A DNA stretch of 64,000 nt from a bacterium (GCA_021813945.1 JAKAJD010000001.1:496412-560411); one strand, 5' to 3'; counted from the stretch's first letter, positions 36,431 to 46,739 are shown. Program-made: numbers and translations. Notes: a model not told the origin generated them from the letters alone.

Positions 36431-36805
36431 ATGCCCAAACGACCAGGATTCACCTTAATCGAAGTCCTGCTTTCTTCATTTTTCTTTATCGCTCTTATCA
36501 CCATCCTCCTTTCTTCCTCCGGAACACTTCTAAATACCAGAAAAACTAATCTGGAAACTGTAGCTGCCAAAATCGCCAGCAAACAAATAGAAGACTTAAG
36601 AAATATGGCTTACACCTCAGTCGCCTCAGGACCGATTACAGATACCGATCTCTCAAAGTTACCCCAAGGGGCAGCAAACAAAACTGTCACAAACTACCAA
36701 TCCAGTGCAGACATAAAAGACGTATTAATAACAGTCACCTGGACAGAAAACAGTGCAGCAAAACAACTTAAAATGGAAACACTAATTTATAAAAACGGCC
36801 TTTAA
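36431..36805 (+). CDS. Minor type IV pilin (PilV-like)
   Basis: G|FTLIE prepilin motif; K.V.ITVTW. Confidence 0.85.
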   Translation: MPKRPGFTLIEVLLSSFFFIALITILLSSSGTLLNTRKTNLETVAAKIASKQIEDLRNMAYTSVASGPITDTDLSKLPQGAANKTVTNYQSSADIKDVLITVTWTENSAAKQLKMETLIYKNGL

Positions 36806-36807
36806 TC

Positions 36808-37461
36808 ATGGCAATTAAAAAGCATAGAAAAAGACTCGCGGATCTTCTAAGGGGTATGTCGGTTGTCGAAATAACAGCGGCAATTGGCATTATTGGAATT
36901 ATATCCATAATGGTGGTTTCCATTTATTTTGCCCACTTCCGGCTTTTTTCCAACCAAAGTAAAACCATAGATGTTGCCAATGAAACAAGAATCGCCTTAG
37001 ACGCCATTACAAACCAAATCCGGGAATCTTCCGCAGTTGTTTCGAGCTGCCCGGTAGGTTCGCCATACAATGGATGCGGCGGTGCAACCACCTCCTCAAC
37101 TGCCACCTCCTGTAATAACACAACTAGCTACTCAGCAAAAGTCGTTTTGCAGTTGTGGCCGCTTGACTCCAATGGCAACCCAACCGATCCTGGTAGCTCA
37201 AATTACGATTACGTTGTCATAAAAAAAGACGACTTGGAAAATACCAAACTCAAAATGATAACCTACCCCTCAAGTATAAGTTCAAGAAAACCCTCGTCAT
37301 TAATACTTTCCGACGAGATATCCTGCCTCAGCTTTACTTTTGATAACGCTGACCCAACTCAAGCATCCGAAGTCACCGCAGGGATTACTAACACCACAAC
37401 CCAATTTGGCAAAACTTACATACAGGCACAAGAAACAAAAGCAGTGATTAGAAATAAATGA
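36808..37461 (+). CDS. Minor type IV pilin (PilW-like)
   Basis: G|MSVVE prepilin-like motif; R.ALD.I...IRES. Confidence 0.78.
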   Translation: MAIKKHRKRLADLLRGMSVVEITAAIGIIGIISIMVVSIYFAHFRLFSNQSKTIDVANETRIALDAITNQIRESSAVVSSCPVGSPYNGCGGATTSSTATSCNNTTSYSAKVVLQLWPLDSNGNPTDPGSSNYDYVVIKKDDLENTKLKMITYPSSISSRKPSSLILSDEISCLSFTFDNADPTQASEVTAGITNTTTQFGKTYIQAQETKAVIRNK

Positions 37462-38678
37462 AAAAAAGCATACTAGTAACAAACTTAAGAGGCCAGGTTT
37501 TGATAATAGCCATCATTTTTATGGCAGTAGTTTTGATACTTTCCGCTTCCATGCTTTCCAAAGTCGGCAGTTACCTTCGCTTCGGTGCAATTTCCGTCCA
37601 AGGCGAACAGGCAATCGAGCTTGCAGAAGCAGGAGTTGATAACGCAGTTTGGCAATTAAACTTGAATGCTGGAGCGTGCCCCCCAGCGACATGCAGCAAC
37701 GAAATCGCAATTGGCACAGCCGGAACATTCAAGGTAGCAATCCAAGATAAGTCATCAAATTTAAAAACCATAACCTCAACTGGGTATATTCCAAATTCCA
37801 CAAACCCAAAACAGAAAAGAACAATAAAAGTAGATATTGGAATAAACAATGAGATAGTCGAATTCAACTACGCCGTTCAGGTGGGTGACGGTGGTGTTGA
37901 TCTTGGGCAAGGTGCTCAAATAACAGGCGCTGGAGGAACACCCGGAAATGTCTATTCTAATGGAAACATAACAGGAAACCAAAGTTCAGTAATAACAGGC
38001 GATGCTTGGGCAGTTGGAACAATTTCAAATCCTCCAACCGTACAAGGTACGCGACACCCCGGGTCGCCACAAACAGACATGCCACAATTTAATTATCAGC
38101 AGTGGATAGATGAAGCAACAAACGGCGGCACTATTAATTGCACTCTAACACCTTCTCAGTGTAACCTCTCGGGATTCGCAACTATAGGCAGAAGAATGTA
38201 TATTAACGGTGACTTAAATTTTGCTCAAGGCACAATTGTCACTATGACAGGACCAGTTTATATCCGGGACGGGAACTTAGACATGGGTCAAGACACCCGC
38301 CTTGATCTGGATAGCAGCTTCGGATCCACATCAGTAGCGCTTGTGCTGAATGGAACAGTCAACGTAGGGCAAAACTCATCAATAAACCCTACAAGTGCAA
38401 GTCCTAAGGGTTACATCCTGGTTGCAACACCATCAAACGCAAACCCTGCAATTAGAATCAGCCAATCTGGGGCGAATGCCATCTTCTATGCGCTAAACGG
38501 CGAAGTTAGACTCATTCAATCATCACACGCCACTGCTGTTATTGCCAAAAGATTAACTCTTGGCCAATCAGTAATTTTGACTTATGACGAAGGTTTAGCA
38601 TCAACAAATATTTCAGGCGGCCCGGGTGGCTCCTGGCAAATTAAAAAGGGCACATATAAACAAACTGTTTCACCGTGA
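37458..38678 (+). CDS. PilX-like protein with beta-helix region
   Basis: RG|QVLII (no Glu5), A..LAEAG, ITSTG. Confidence 0.78.
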   Translation: MKKSILVTNLRGQVLIIAIIFMAVVLILSASMLSKVGSYLRFGAISVQGEQAIELAEAGVDNAVWQLNLNAGACPPATCSNEIAIGTAGTFKVAIQDKSSNLKTITSTGYIPNSTNPKQKRTIKVDIGINNEIVEFNYAVQVGDGGVDLGQGAQITGAGGTPGNVYSNGNITGNQSSVITGDAWAVGTISNPPTVQGTRHPGSPQTDMPQFNYQQWIDEATNGGTINCTLTPSQCNLSGFATIGRRMYINGDLNFAQGTIVTMTGPVYIRDGNLDMGQDTRLDLDSSFGSTSVALVLNGTVNVGQNSSINPTSASPKGYILVATPSNANPAIRISQSGANAIFYALNGEVRLIQSSHATAVIAKRLTLGQSVILTYDEGLASTNISGGPGGSWQIKKGTYKQTVSP

Positions 38679-40864
38679 AATCAAGAGTTTCAATAAAAAT
38701 CTTCACAGTATCAGTAATCACCACCATTCTGCTTCTTCTTAAAATTAGCCCAGTCTTCGCATTAAACTACAATTTAGTGCCAAACTCGTCGTTTGAAGAA
38801 GGTGAAACCTTTCCTACCGGGTGGAATATCGTAACAAGTGACTTTTGCAACATTCCCGCATCAAATTATCAGTCTTCTGTCGAATGGAGCTCCTCTAGAT
38901 CAAGTACTGGTTCTAAATCCGTAGGCATTACAAACGTTTACCTCCCAAACCAGGGAGACTACACCTCCGTAAAAATAGCATCAGAATTCATCCTGATAAA
39001 CCCTATACAAATCTACAACTTAAGTGCCTTAATCCAGGGAACGACTGGGAACAAAGGCATAAAACCAGAAATCGACGTATGCTTCTACGATAAAGACGGA
39101 AACAAAACCGGAATAAATAGTGTCACGTCTCAGTATCCGCCTGACGATAAAACATGGTATGGAATTTCGTTTGGAGGATTAAAACTGAGCTACTTTCCAC
39201 CAAACACAACAAAAATAAAAGTTGGGCTATCAGCAAACTGCAGTTACCAATTTCTACCGCCAGGGGCAGCACAAGATTGTTCTGGTTCCATCTGGTTAGA
39301 CGACATTAGTCTTCTTCCCCTGGGCAATATTACTATGCATAAATTTGAAGATTTAAACAAAAACGGATTGCAGGACATAAACGAACCAAATCTTCAATAT
39401 TGGGAAATGTCCGTCTATAAAGAAGCAAACTGTGACAGCTCAAAAGAAATCGGCGGGGCATCAACCGACGCAAGCGGTAATGCAATATTTAAGAACACTC
39501 CATTCGGGGACTACTCCGTTAAGGAAACATTCTACTACGAAGACTTTAATCCTCCACCACATCTCGTAGATGCCACAAAAGAAGGTTGGTATACTACAAC
39601 TCCACTTTGCCAAAACGTCACCCTAGATTCTACTTCCGGTGCAACAGTCAACATTGGCAACTTCCATGGTCCCTCTTTTCCCTATCTCAGCCAACTTGAC
39701 CCGGCTTGGAAAGACCTAACGTACGATCATGCATCCACCTCAAACCCGTTTTTTTGCGGAACGACAATTGGCGGTTGTGGCTGTGCCATAACTTCGGCTG
39801 CAATGCTCCTAAATTACTATGGTGTTTCGAGAACTCCAAGCGGCAATCCTACTAATCCCCAAACCTTAAACGATTGGCTAAATCAAAATCAGGGTTATGC
39901 TTTTGGAGCCTTAAAGTGGAATTCAGTCGCTGCATATTCTGTTAGGGTAAACGAAAACTTCGGCACTCAAAAAATCCGCTTCGTAGGTGTTGGAAGCGGC
40001 AATGATTTTGATACCCTCAATACCGATCTTGCAAACTCTAAGCCCGAAATTTTAGAAGAGCCGGGTCATTTTATCGTCGCAAACGCCAAGCAAGACCCAA
40101 CATATCAAATCGCAGATCCAGCGTACGAAAACAAAAAGACACTTGCCACCTATTCCAATAATTTCTTAAGCTCAAGAAGATATGAAAAAACAAATACAGA
40201 CCTAAGCTCCATCTATATTTCAAGCCCGACTCCAAACGACTTATTCATTACGGATTCCCTCGGAAGATCGACTGGCAAAAATCCCGAAACAGGCGAAATT
40301 CTAACTCAAATACCTAATTCTTATTATTTTGTTGAACCGTCCTTTACCAATCAAACAGATCCTAATTCTCAGGTTCCAAACACCGGTGTAACCACACTTG
40401 TTATCATCAATCCAGAGGAGGGTAGCTTTACTTTGGATTCCAAATCCGGACCGATTGATGTTTCAGCTTATGACACTCTAGGCAATATCCAAGTCAAAAA
40501 TTTCGAAACTGTGGCGCCAGACACATTCGAACTTAACTACTCACCGAATACTGGATCGACTTTTAAAGTTTTTCAAAAAGTTTCTATCGACTTAAAACCT
40601 CAAAACATAAATAAAGGAAATGGAGTTTTTCCAATAGTCATAAAATCGGACGACAACTTTAATGTCCAAGATATAGATTTTCAGTCAATACAACTTTCGC
40701 CTTCTGGTATTTCGCCGATTAAGTTTCCGCTTCTGGTCTCAAACGGAAAAGATAATAAAAAAGACCTTCAAATTTTCTTTCTCGCCTCACAAATTTCCAG
40801 AAACAATAATCTTTGCTTAACCGGCACCACAATAAGCGGAATCCAATTTAAGGGTTGTACTTAA
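38675..40864 (+). CDS. Secreted multidomain protein with C39-like peptidase
   Basis: Signal peptide, NLVPNSSFE CBM-like domain, FEDLNKNG SdrD-B-like domain, SQLDP.W..GCAITSAAM..GHFIV..IADP. Confidence 0.78.
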   Translation: MKSRVSIKIFTVSVITTILLLLKISPVFALNYNLVPNSSFEEGETFPTGWNIVTSDFCNIPASNYQSSVEWSSSRSSTGSKSVGITNVYLPNQGDYTSVKIASEFILINPIQIYNLSALIQGTTGNKGIKPEIDVCFYDKDGNKTGINSVTSQYPPDDKTWYGISFGGLKLSYFPPNTTKIKVGLSANCSYQFLPPGAAQDCSGSIWLDDISLLPLGNITMHKFEDLNKNGLQDINEPNLQYWEMSVYKEANCDSSKEIGGASTDASGNAIFKNTPFGDYSVKETFYYEDFNPPPHLVDATKEGWYTTTPLCQNVTLDSTSGATVNIGNFHGPSFPYLSQLDPAWKDLTYDHASTSNPFFCGTTIGGCGCAITSAAMLLNYYGVSRTPSGNPTNPQTLNDWLNQNQGYAFGALKWNSVAAYSVRVNENFGTQKIRFVGVGSGNDFDTLNTDLANSKPEILEEPGHFIVANAKQDPTYQIADPAYENKKTLATYSNNFLSSRRYEKTNTDLSSIYISSPTPNDLFITDSLGRSTGKNPETGEILTQIPNSYYFVEPSFTNQTDPNSQVPNTGVTTLVIINPEEGSFTLDSKSGPIDVSAYDTLGNIQVKNFETVAPDTFELNYSPNTGSTFKVFQKVSIDLKPQNINKGNGVFPIVIKSDDNFNVQDIDFQSIQLSPSGISPIKFPLLVSNGKDNKKDLQIFFLASQISRNNNLCLTGTTISGIQFKGCT

Positions 40865-40904
40865 CCCTTGCCAAATTTGCGCCTGATCCGCTAAACTTAC
40901 CTCT

Positions 40905-41093
40905 ATGGCAAAGTCAAAAAGAGTCTTGTTCCAGCTGCAATGCACTGTTTGTAAATCGAAAAATTACACAAACAGCAAAAATCCGGACAATATCGCGCTA
41001 AAGCGCAAAAGCCAGGACACCAAAATTAACCTCAAAAAGTTCTGTAAGCGTTGCAGAAAAGTTACCGAGCATAAAGAGGTCAAGATAGCTTAA
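40905..41093 (+). CDS. rpmG: 50S ribosomal protein L33
   Basis: LQCTVCKSKNY..KN, LKKFCKRCRK.T.HKE. Confidence 0.96.
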   Translation: MAKSKRVLFQLQCTVCKSKNYTNSKNPDNIALKRKSQDTKINLKKFCKRCRKVTEHKEVKIA

Positions 41094-41138
41094 GGTCAGG
41101 TCTTAGGCTAAAAACTAATCCAACAAAGGCCTGACCTT
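41092..41138. repeat. Palindromic doublet overlapping the rpmG stop
   Basis: aaggtcaggtctt (41092) and aaggcctgacctt (41126). Confidence 0.93.
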
Positions 41139-41187
41139 TTCGCGAACTCCCTTGCCTCAAAGACCCAAAACCCTTAATCTATAAATA

Positions 41188-43701
41188 GTGGCAAAACATA
41201 AGCTCCTCAAAACCTGGTCACTGGTTACTGGAAACTGGAAACGTAGAGTCGGTTTCACTCTTATTGAAGTCATGGTCGTTATTGCCATAATCGGGACGCT
41301 GGCCAGCATAAGCACTTTCGCGCTTGGCAAAGCAAGAACTAAAGGGAGCGATTCTAAAAGAAAGGCGGATCTAAAAGCCATCCAAACTGCTGCAGTTGCT
41401 TATTATCAGGACTTCAACCAGTTCCCTCCAGGCACAACACCAGGCAACGTATTTTCTTCGGACACCGGCGCTAACTGGATTCCCGGAATATCAGACTACA
41501 TCAAAAAACTCCCCAAAGACCCGCTCCAATCCGGTATCTTATATTACCTGGCCAATCTTATTAAAAATCCTGTTCAAAATGGCGAAAAATTCTTAGCCGG
41601 ATTATTTTCCAAACCAGCTCAAACAACAAAAACCATACCCCAAGTTGCAGCAGCAACAACAGTAACTTTAAGGCCTAACGGCGTTGGCTCGAGTACTCAG
41701 TGGACTCCGTTAACCGCACCAAATTATTCCCAGGTAAAAGAAGCCACCGCGGACAATGATGCAACTTACGTAAAATCTAATGTTATCAATCAAATGGATC
41801 TCTATAAAATCGACCCAAACTCAATCAGCGGTACTATTACAGGTATTACGGTCAAAGTTGTAACTCGCGCCAACGCAGGCCAAGACCCGATGAGCTATAT
41901 TTACATCCGCACAGGCAGCACCAACTATGCAAGCAGCCCGGGCTTCCAAACCGGCATAGGCGGAACTTACGTGACTTCCAGCTATACCTGGGCAACAAAC
42001 CCTAAAACCGGTGTGGCATGGACGCCTGCAGATATTACCGCTCTTGAGATCGGCATACTAAATAGTTGGACTGAATACCGCTTCTTGACCCAAGAATATG
42101 TGGAGGTAACATACACTCCGACAGGCACGTCTGTAAACATCAATGCAAACACAACAGACAACACCATCAGGTTTTATGCTAGTGGATACTATCCACCCGA
42201 CCCCAGCGGGGGCTGCGATATTGCCCCTCCTGCTGGATCAACCTATTCTCTAACTGGTCAATACTATACCGGCGGCGGTTATTACAAATACAGAAGCTAT
42301 CTCGCCTTTGACACTTCTTCAATCCCAGCTGGCTCAACAATAAACTCGGTAACCTTGACACAAACGGTGTACGTTAAAAGTTTGGGAACTAATTTTAACC
42401 TCCTTGCCTTAAATTATAACTGGGGGCCTACAGTCGACTGCACAAAATGGGGAGGTACACCACCCACAGCCCCACAAGTTGGCAGCATTGCCACAACAAG
42501 CCTTCCTGCCGTAGGATCTTCCTTCACAATGTCCCTGGCAAACTCTGTTGTTAACGCTGGAGGATCAACCTACATGATGCTTCTAAGTGACAGGGACGCA
42601 GCCAACACAATCCCAACAGGGCTGGAAGCCTTTGGCGCATACAGCGCAGAATCGGCCACCCCGCCTCAAATAAGTATCAATTATACGCCGCCAGCCACGC
42701 CGATAGTCACAACAACTGCCGCAACAGGTCTCAGCGGATCTGGCGCAACCTTAAATGGAACTGCAAACCCAAATGGTTCTGCAACAACAGGATGGTTCCG
42801 CTACAGCACCACAAGCCCTGGAACCTGCAATGACACATTCGGCACAAGAGCACCCTCTACTGGAGGCAACGCTCTCGGATCAGGCACAACCGCGGCACCC
42901 TATTCCCAAACAATTGGCAGCCTTACAGCATCAACAACTTATTACTTCTGTGCTCTTGCTTCAAATGCAAGCGGCACAGGTTATGGCACAGTGCTTTCCT
43001 TTACAACTTCTGCCTCAGCACCAGTCGGGACAATTTCCGCAGGGGCCCCAACAATTCCAAGCGGCAGCAGCACATCAATCACCTGGAGTACAACACCTAG
43101 CGGCACGGGGTGCGCCGTTTCCCCGGGTGGAGGAAGCGGGCCCAGCGGCACCTTATCCACCGGGCCACTAACGTCTACAACAACATACACCTTACATTGC
43201 ACCGACGCGGGCTTCATAGATAAAACTGCAACAGTGACAGTCAGCGGCGCTTCTTCTTCTGCCAACATCAAAGCCAATGGATCCGACGGTCCATATTCAG
43301 CAAATGTTGGCGATTCGATAAACATAACCTGGACCTCATCAAATACCACCAGCTGCACAGTAACAGGGGGGCCTGGCGGCTCAGGCACATCCGGTTCATT
43401 TTCGTGGACTGTACCAGGCACTCCGACTCCTCCAACTAGCTACTCCTTCTCACTTTCCTGCACAGGTGGTACTGCCAGCGACAGTGTCACCGTTAATGTA
43501 ACCTCTTTGGGAGTTGCAACCTGTCAAAACAAGAAGAATATTTATTGCTATATAGTCAATACAGACAGAAGTTCGTTTGTTATTTGGGCCCAACTCGACA
43601 ACACATCTGATCCGCAAATTTCTACCAATCCTGGTGCACTTTGCACACTTTCCCCACCGGACCCCAACTTCAACTACTGCGTCGAGTCCTCGTCGCTTTA
43701 G
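41188..43701 (+). CDS. Giant GspG-type pilin with inserted adhesin-like domains
   Basis: G|FTLIEVMVV, ARTKGSDSKRKADL, LPKDP; RSYLAFDTSSIP (DNRLRE-like), FN3 and Ig-like repeats. Confidence 0.82.
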   Translation: MAKHKLLKTWSLVTGNWKRRVGFTLIEVMVVIAIIGTLASISTFALGKARTKGSDSKRKADLKAIQTAAVAYYQDFNQFPPGTTPGNVFSSDTGANWIPGISDYIKKLPKDPLQSGILYYLANLIKNPVQNGEKFLAGLFSKPAQTTKTIPQVAAATTVTLRPNGVGSSTQWTPLTAPNYSQVKEATADNDATYVKSNVINQMDLYKIDPNSISGTITGITVKVVTRANAGQDPMSYIYIRTGSTNYASSPGFQTGIGGTYVTSSYTWATNPKTGVAWTPADITALEIGILNSWTEYRFLTQEYVEVTYTPTGTSVNINANTTDNTIRFYASGYYPPDPSGGCDIAPPAGSTYSLTGQYYTGGGYYKYRSYLAFDTSSIPAGSTINSVTLTQTVYVKSLGTNFNLLALNYNWGPTVDCTKWGGTPPTAPQVGSIATTSLPAVGSSFTMSLANSVVNAGGSTYMMLLSDRDAANTIPTGLEAFGAYSAESATPPQISINYTPPATPIVTTTAATGLSGSGATLNGTANPNGSATTGWFRYSTTSPGTCNDTFGTRAPSTGGNALGSGTTAAPYSQTIGSLTASTTYYFCALASNASGTGYGTVLSFTTSASAPVGTISAGAPTIPSGSSTSITWSTTPSGTGCAVSPGGGSGPSGTLSTGPLTSTTTYTLHCTDAGFIDKTATVTVSGASSSANIKANGSDGPYSANVGDSINITWTSSNTTSCTVTGGPGGSGTSGSFSWTVPGTPTPPTSYSFSLSCTGGTASDSVTVNVTSLGVATCQNKKNIYCYIVNTDRSSFVIWAQLDNTSDPQISTNPGALCTLSPPDPNFNYCVESSSL

Positions 43702-43705
43702 CAAA

Positions 43706-43773
43706 AAGGTCAGGCCTTAGGCAAAAAGGTCAGGCCTTAAAGTACGCCAGTTCCAAGAAAAAGGCCTGACCTC
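43706..43773. repeat. Palindromic doublet with 20-bp tandem duplication of one arm
   Basis: gcaaaaaggtcaggcctta at 43701 and 43721; partner core at 43761. Confidence 0.92.
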
Positions 43774-43838
43774 AAACTATGCCATCTTTTCGCTCTTTAC
43801 CGAGTTTTATCCGATTTTATATAATATTGACTGAATTT

Positions 43839-43909
43839 ACGGGCGTCGTTCAGTGGTAGGACCGCAGTCTCCAAAACTGCCGACGAGGGTTCGATTCCTT
43901 CCGCCCGTG
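43839..43909 (+). tRNA. tRNA-Trp(CCA)
   Basis: ACGGGCG/CGCCCGT; ctCCAaa; TTCGATT. Confidence 0.95.
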
Positions 43910-43910
43910 C

Positions 43911-44035
43911 AGGTTCGTATATAGCGAAGCTATACTAGACCGAAGGTCTATATCCTCTAGGCCCTGCAGGAAAGTTCGCATATATGAGGGGTGACTCATA
44001 TACTAATTGAAAATTATTTCCTTCCACCCGTGCAG
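43911..44035 (+). repeat. Two degenerate tRNA 3'-end copies, each with a double hairpin in the T-loop
   Basis: ttccttccacccgtgcag (44018) vs tRNA ttccttccgcccgtgcag (43895). Confidence 0.7.
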
Positions 44036-44118
44036 AGTTCCTCCCCACCCATAATCCCATAGTTTGCATTAACCGCTTGCTCATTGTTATAATACGTGAC
44101 TAATTTCAGCTAAGGTAT

Positions 44119-45153
44119 ATGAAAGAAGCCACCGAAAGAAGTCCATTAGATAGACTAACAACCAGGAGAGCTTTTTTTTCTGTCGCAGGTGGCGCCCTAG
44201 CTGCCGCGACTCTTTATGATATGGCAAAACTTAAAAGAGATTGGGAAGGCATTGAAACCAAAGATGCCCAATATATCCCCCTTTACGAAAATCACATTGA
44301 CAGAATAACTGCTGATTCCCTTCCCCCGGATATAGATATCTTTTTCAAAGAAACAGGTGTCGAACCCGACAGTCAAAATTCCCAATATGAGGTTTTTAAA
44401 AACGATAAGCCTCCAGGCAAGAACCCTACTTTATCTATTCCAAAAGATGTAATTAGCAAGTTGGCTAAAAATAAGGTTAAGGTAATGCTTGGAGACGCAA
44501 AGATGCCCTTGCCAACTGCGCTGGCCTCGGTATCAACCTTACCGGCCGAAGTGGCAGTCGGGGCGGGAATTGGCGCATCCCTTATTATCACAGGAACGAA
44601 AGAAAGGACAACCCGCCGAAAATTCCTTAGAGCCGGTTTAGGCTACGGTGCCTTGTGGGGACTATCAAACATAGTGCCATTTGCCACAGGTTCTTTTTCC
44701 TCAGATAGCCAATCTAGGCGCAGAATAAGCTCAAGATTTACCCATATATTTCAACAAGCGCATCCTGAAAACCTTGTGGAATTTCCAAGAAGCTTGCTCT
44801 GGGCTATAAAAATGCATGACGCAGCAAAGCGCCTTAGAGCTGAAAAGGGCAGAAAATTAAAAATTGCATATGACGTAGGGCAATTTCACGGTAACGTCGA
44901 AGACTTTTTGAAATCCGGACAGGATTTCATTAGAAAAATTTTGCTCAGTTACCCTGCACCTATCCTGAAACAGATTATCGATGCAAACGGGGGTGTCGAT
45001 TCATTTGCAAGTTATAATTTAATATCGCTTCCGCAAGATCTTGACCCCAATTCCGGCACTTATGATCAAGATCTTCAGTCGATGGAAATACAAGAGATGA
45101 CTGAAACGACTCTAGCTCATCAGCTTAAAGTCAGGTTAAAATCTGTTGTTTAA
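44119..45153 (+). CDS. Hypothetical membrane protein with two TRRxF motifs
   Basis: TTRRAFF and TTRRKFL, each followed by a hydrophobic segment. Confidence 0.72.
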   Translation: MKEATERSPLDRLTTRRAFFSVAGGALAAATLYDMAKLKRDWEGIETKDAQYIPLYENHIDRITADSLPPDIDIFFKETGVEPDSQNSQYEVFKNDKPPGKNPTLSIPKDVISKLAKNKVKVMLGDAKMPLPTALASVSTLPAEVAVGAGIGASLIITGTKERTTRRKFLRAGLGYGALWGLSNIVPFATGSFSSDSQSRRRISSRFTHIFQQAHPENLVEFPRSLLWAIKMHDAAKRLRAEKGRKLKIAYDVGQFHGNVEDFLKSGQDFIRKILLSYPAPILKQIIDANGGVDSFASYNLISLPQDLDPNSGTYDQDLQSMEIQEMTETTLAHQLKVRLKSVV

Positions 45154-45231
45154 AAATTAAGGTTTATCCGCTGAAGAACTCACTACTGTTGTATTTTGGC
45201 CTATCTAAATCAAAAGTAATCACAAAATGAA

Positions 45232-46308
45232 TTAGTGATGAGCCTTTAAACCTAAAGCTTGTACACGTTCAGCGTAATCTAAGTAAGAACCAACAACATC
45301 GGCATCAAATTCTAATGCTTTGTCAAAATTTGTTCCCTGCAATTCGTCGGCAAATTCGCCCAAAACGTCCTGGGGAAAAACATTGTTTTTAATTAAATGC
45401 CAGCGTATTGTCCGTAAATTCTCGTCTGCTTGGTAGTTTGCAATTTGCCTTGCCTCATCAGTTGCGCTTTCCGGCGTGACCACTATATCGTACAACCTCA
45501 ATCCATAGTGGTTTTCCAAATATCTCCTTGCAAAACCCATGTAATTGGCAAGACCCATATGTTGAACTTGCAAAGCTGCTGATATTGACCCCGTATCCAA
45601 GATGTCCTTCGAAAATTTCTCTCCTTCTTTTTTAATCATCAAATCAGGATCTTTCCTTTCATCTATTTGGTCATTTACTGTCATCCCGTTATCCTCTGCA
45701 ACTGACCTAATATACTGGAAAAGCCCAACAGCATCGGCGTCTGAAGTTGCATTAGGATCCCCTTTAGACTCCCAAAGTAGCATTCCCATTAAAACCTGGA
45801 ATTTTGCCTCGTCGTGGCCGGAAGCTTCCCAAAGCTTGTCTGCATATTCTTTGTTAACATGGCGCACAATGTCGTCATTGAGGCTTGCGTTTACACGATC
45901 CCTTGCATCGACAAGTTTTATAAAAGCATCTTCTCTGGCCTTTTCATTTTGGCTCGGAAAGACCGTATCGAAAACGGAAACAGGCTTTGCCTCAACTGGC
46001 TCTACTAACACCCCTTGAGCCGCCTTTTTGGTGCTCGCAAAAAAATCCTGGCCCGCGCTTGCAACGCCACCTGCAACTTCCTTAACTAAGTCTGGGTGTT
46101 TTGATGCTTGTCCGGCACCCAATCCAATAGCCAAAGTCCCAACAGTAGCACCAATGCCAAGTGCCAAACTATTGGATTTTTTATCGTTCTTCTTTGCTAA
46201 CCCACTTTGTGAACTCGGCCTATTTGACTTGCCTGATCTTCTCTTATAACGAGCTAAATTTTCTCTGGAATGTTCTGCTAGTCTAGTCTCACCCGCCATA
46301 TATACCAA
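45232..46308 (-). CDS. Lytic transglycosylase (SLT) domain protein
   Basis: WESKGDPNATS..DAVGLFQ, DERKDP. Confidence 0.75.
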   Translation of the reverse strand: MVYMAGETRLAEHSRENLARYKRRSGKSNRPSSQSGLAKKNDKKSNSLALGIGATVGTLAIGLGAGQASKHPDLVKEVAGGVASAGQDFFASTKKAAQGVLVEPVEAKPVSVFDTVFPSQNEKAREDAFIKLVDARDRVNASLNDDIVRHVNKEYADKLWEASGHDEAKFQVLMGMLLWESKGDPNATSDADAVGLFQYIRSVAEDNGMTVNDQIDERKDPDLMIKKEGEKFSKDILDTGSISAALQVQHMGLANYMGFARRYLENHYGLRLYDIVVTPESATDEARQIANYQADENLRTIRWHLIKNNVFPQDVLGEFADELQGTNFDKALEFDADVVGSYLDYAERVQALGLKAHH

Positions 46309-46324
46309 ACTTTATTTAAAAAAG

Positions 46325-46669
46325 TTACTTGCCAAGTTGATTATCGGCTGCAGGCGCAGGAGGAGCAACTTCGGGTGCGGAAGGCTGGCTTGCAGGTTGC
46401 TGGGAACTGGCGTTCTCTGATGGAAACCTATTGGCTATACCCTTATATAAATCCAGCCCAGCTTTATCCGCTTTCCTTACCGCCTTAGCACTATCGTCAA
46501 TTGCCTGATGTGGATGGCGATAATATTCAACCCCTTGCTTGCCAACCGCGGCTACTCCTGCAACAAGAAGGCCTGTTCTGACTAGCTTCGTTGCAGAACC
46601 AACGACGCCCCTTACTTTTCCTAATTTGGAACTAGTTTGACCAATTGCAGCTTCTGAATCGACTGCCAT
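46325..46669 (-). CDS. Hypothetical protein
   Basis: 114 aa; TAAAAT 6 nt before the ATG. Confidence 0.65.
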   Translation of the reverse strand: MAVDSEAAIGQTSSKLGKVRGVVGSATKLVRTGLLVAGVAAVGKQGVEYYRHPHQAIDDSAKAVRKADKAGLDLYKGIANRFPSENASSQQPASQPSAPEVAPPAPAADNQLGK

Positions 46670-46739
46670 AGTATTATTTTAACTCTCCCTATTATTTATT
46701 GCCAGTCTCGACTGTAAATATGTATAATCGGCAAACAAA

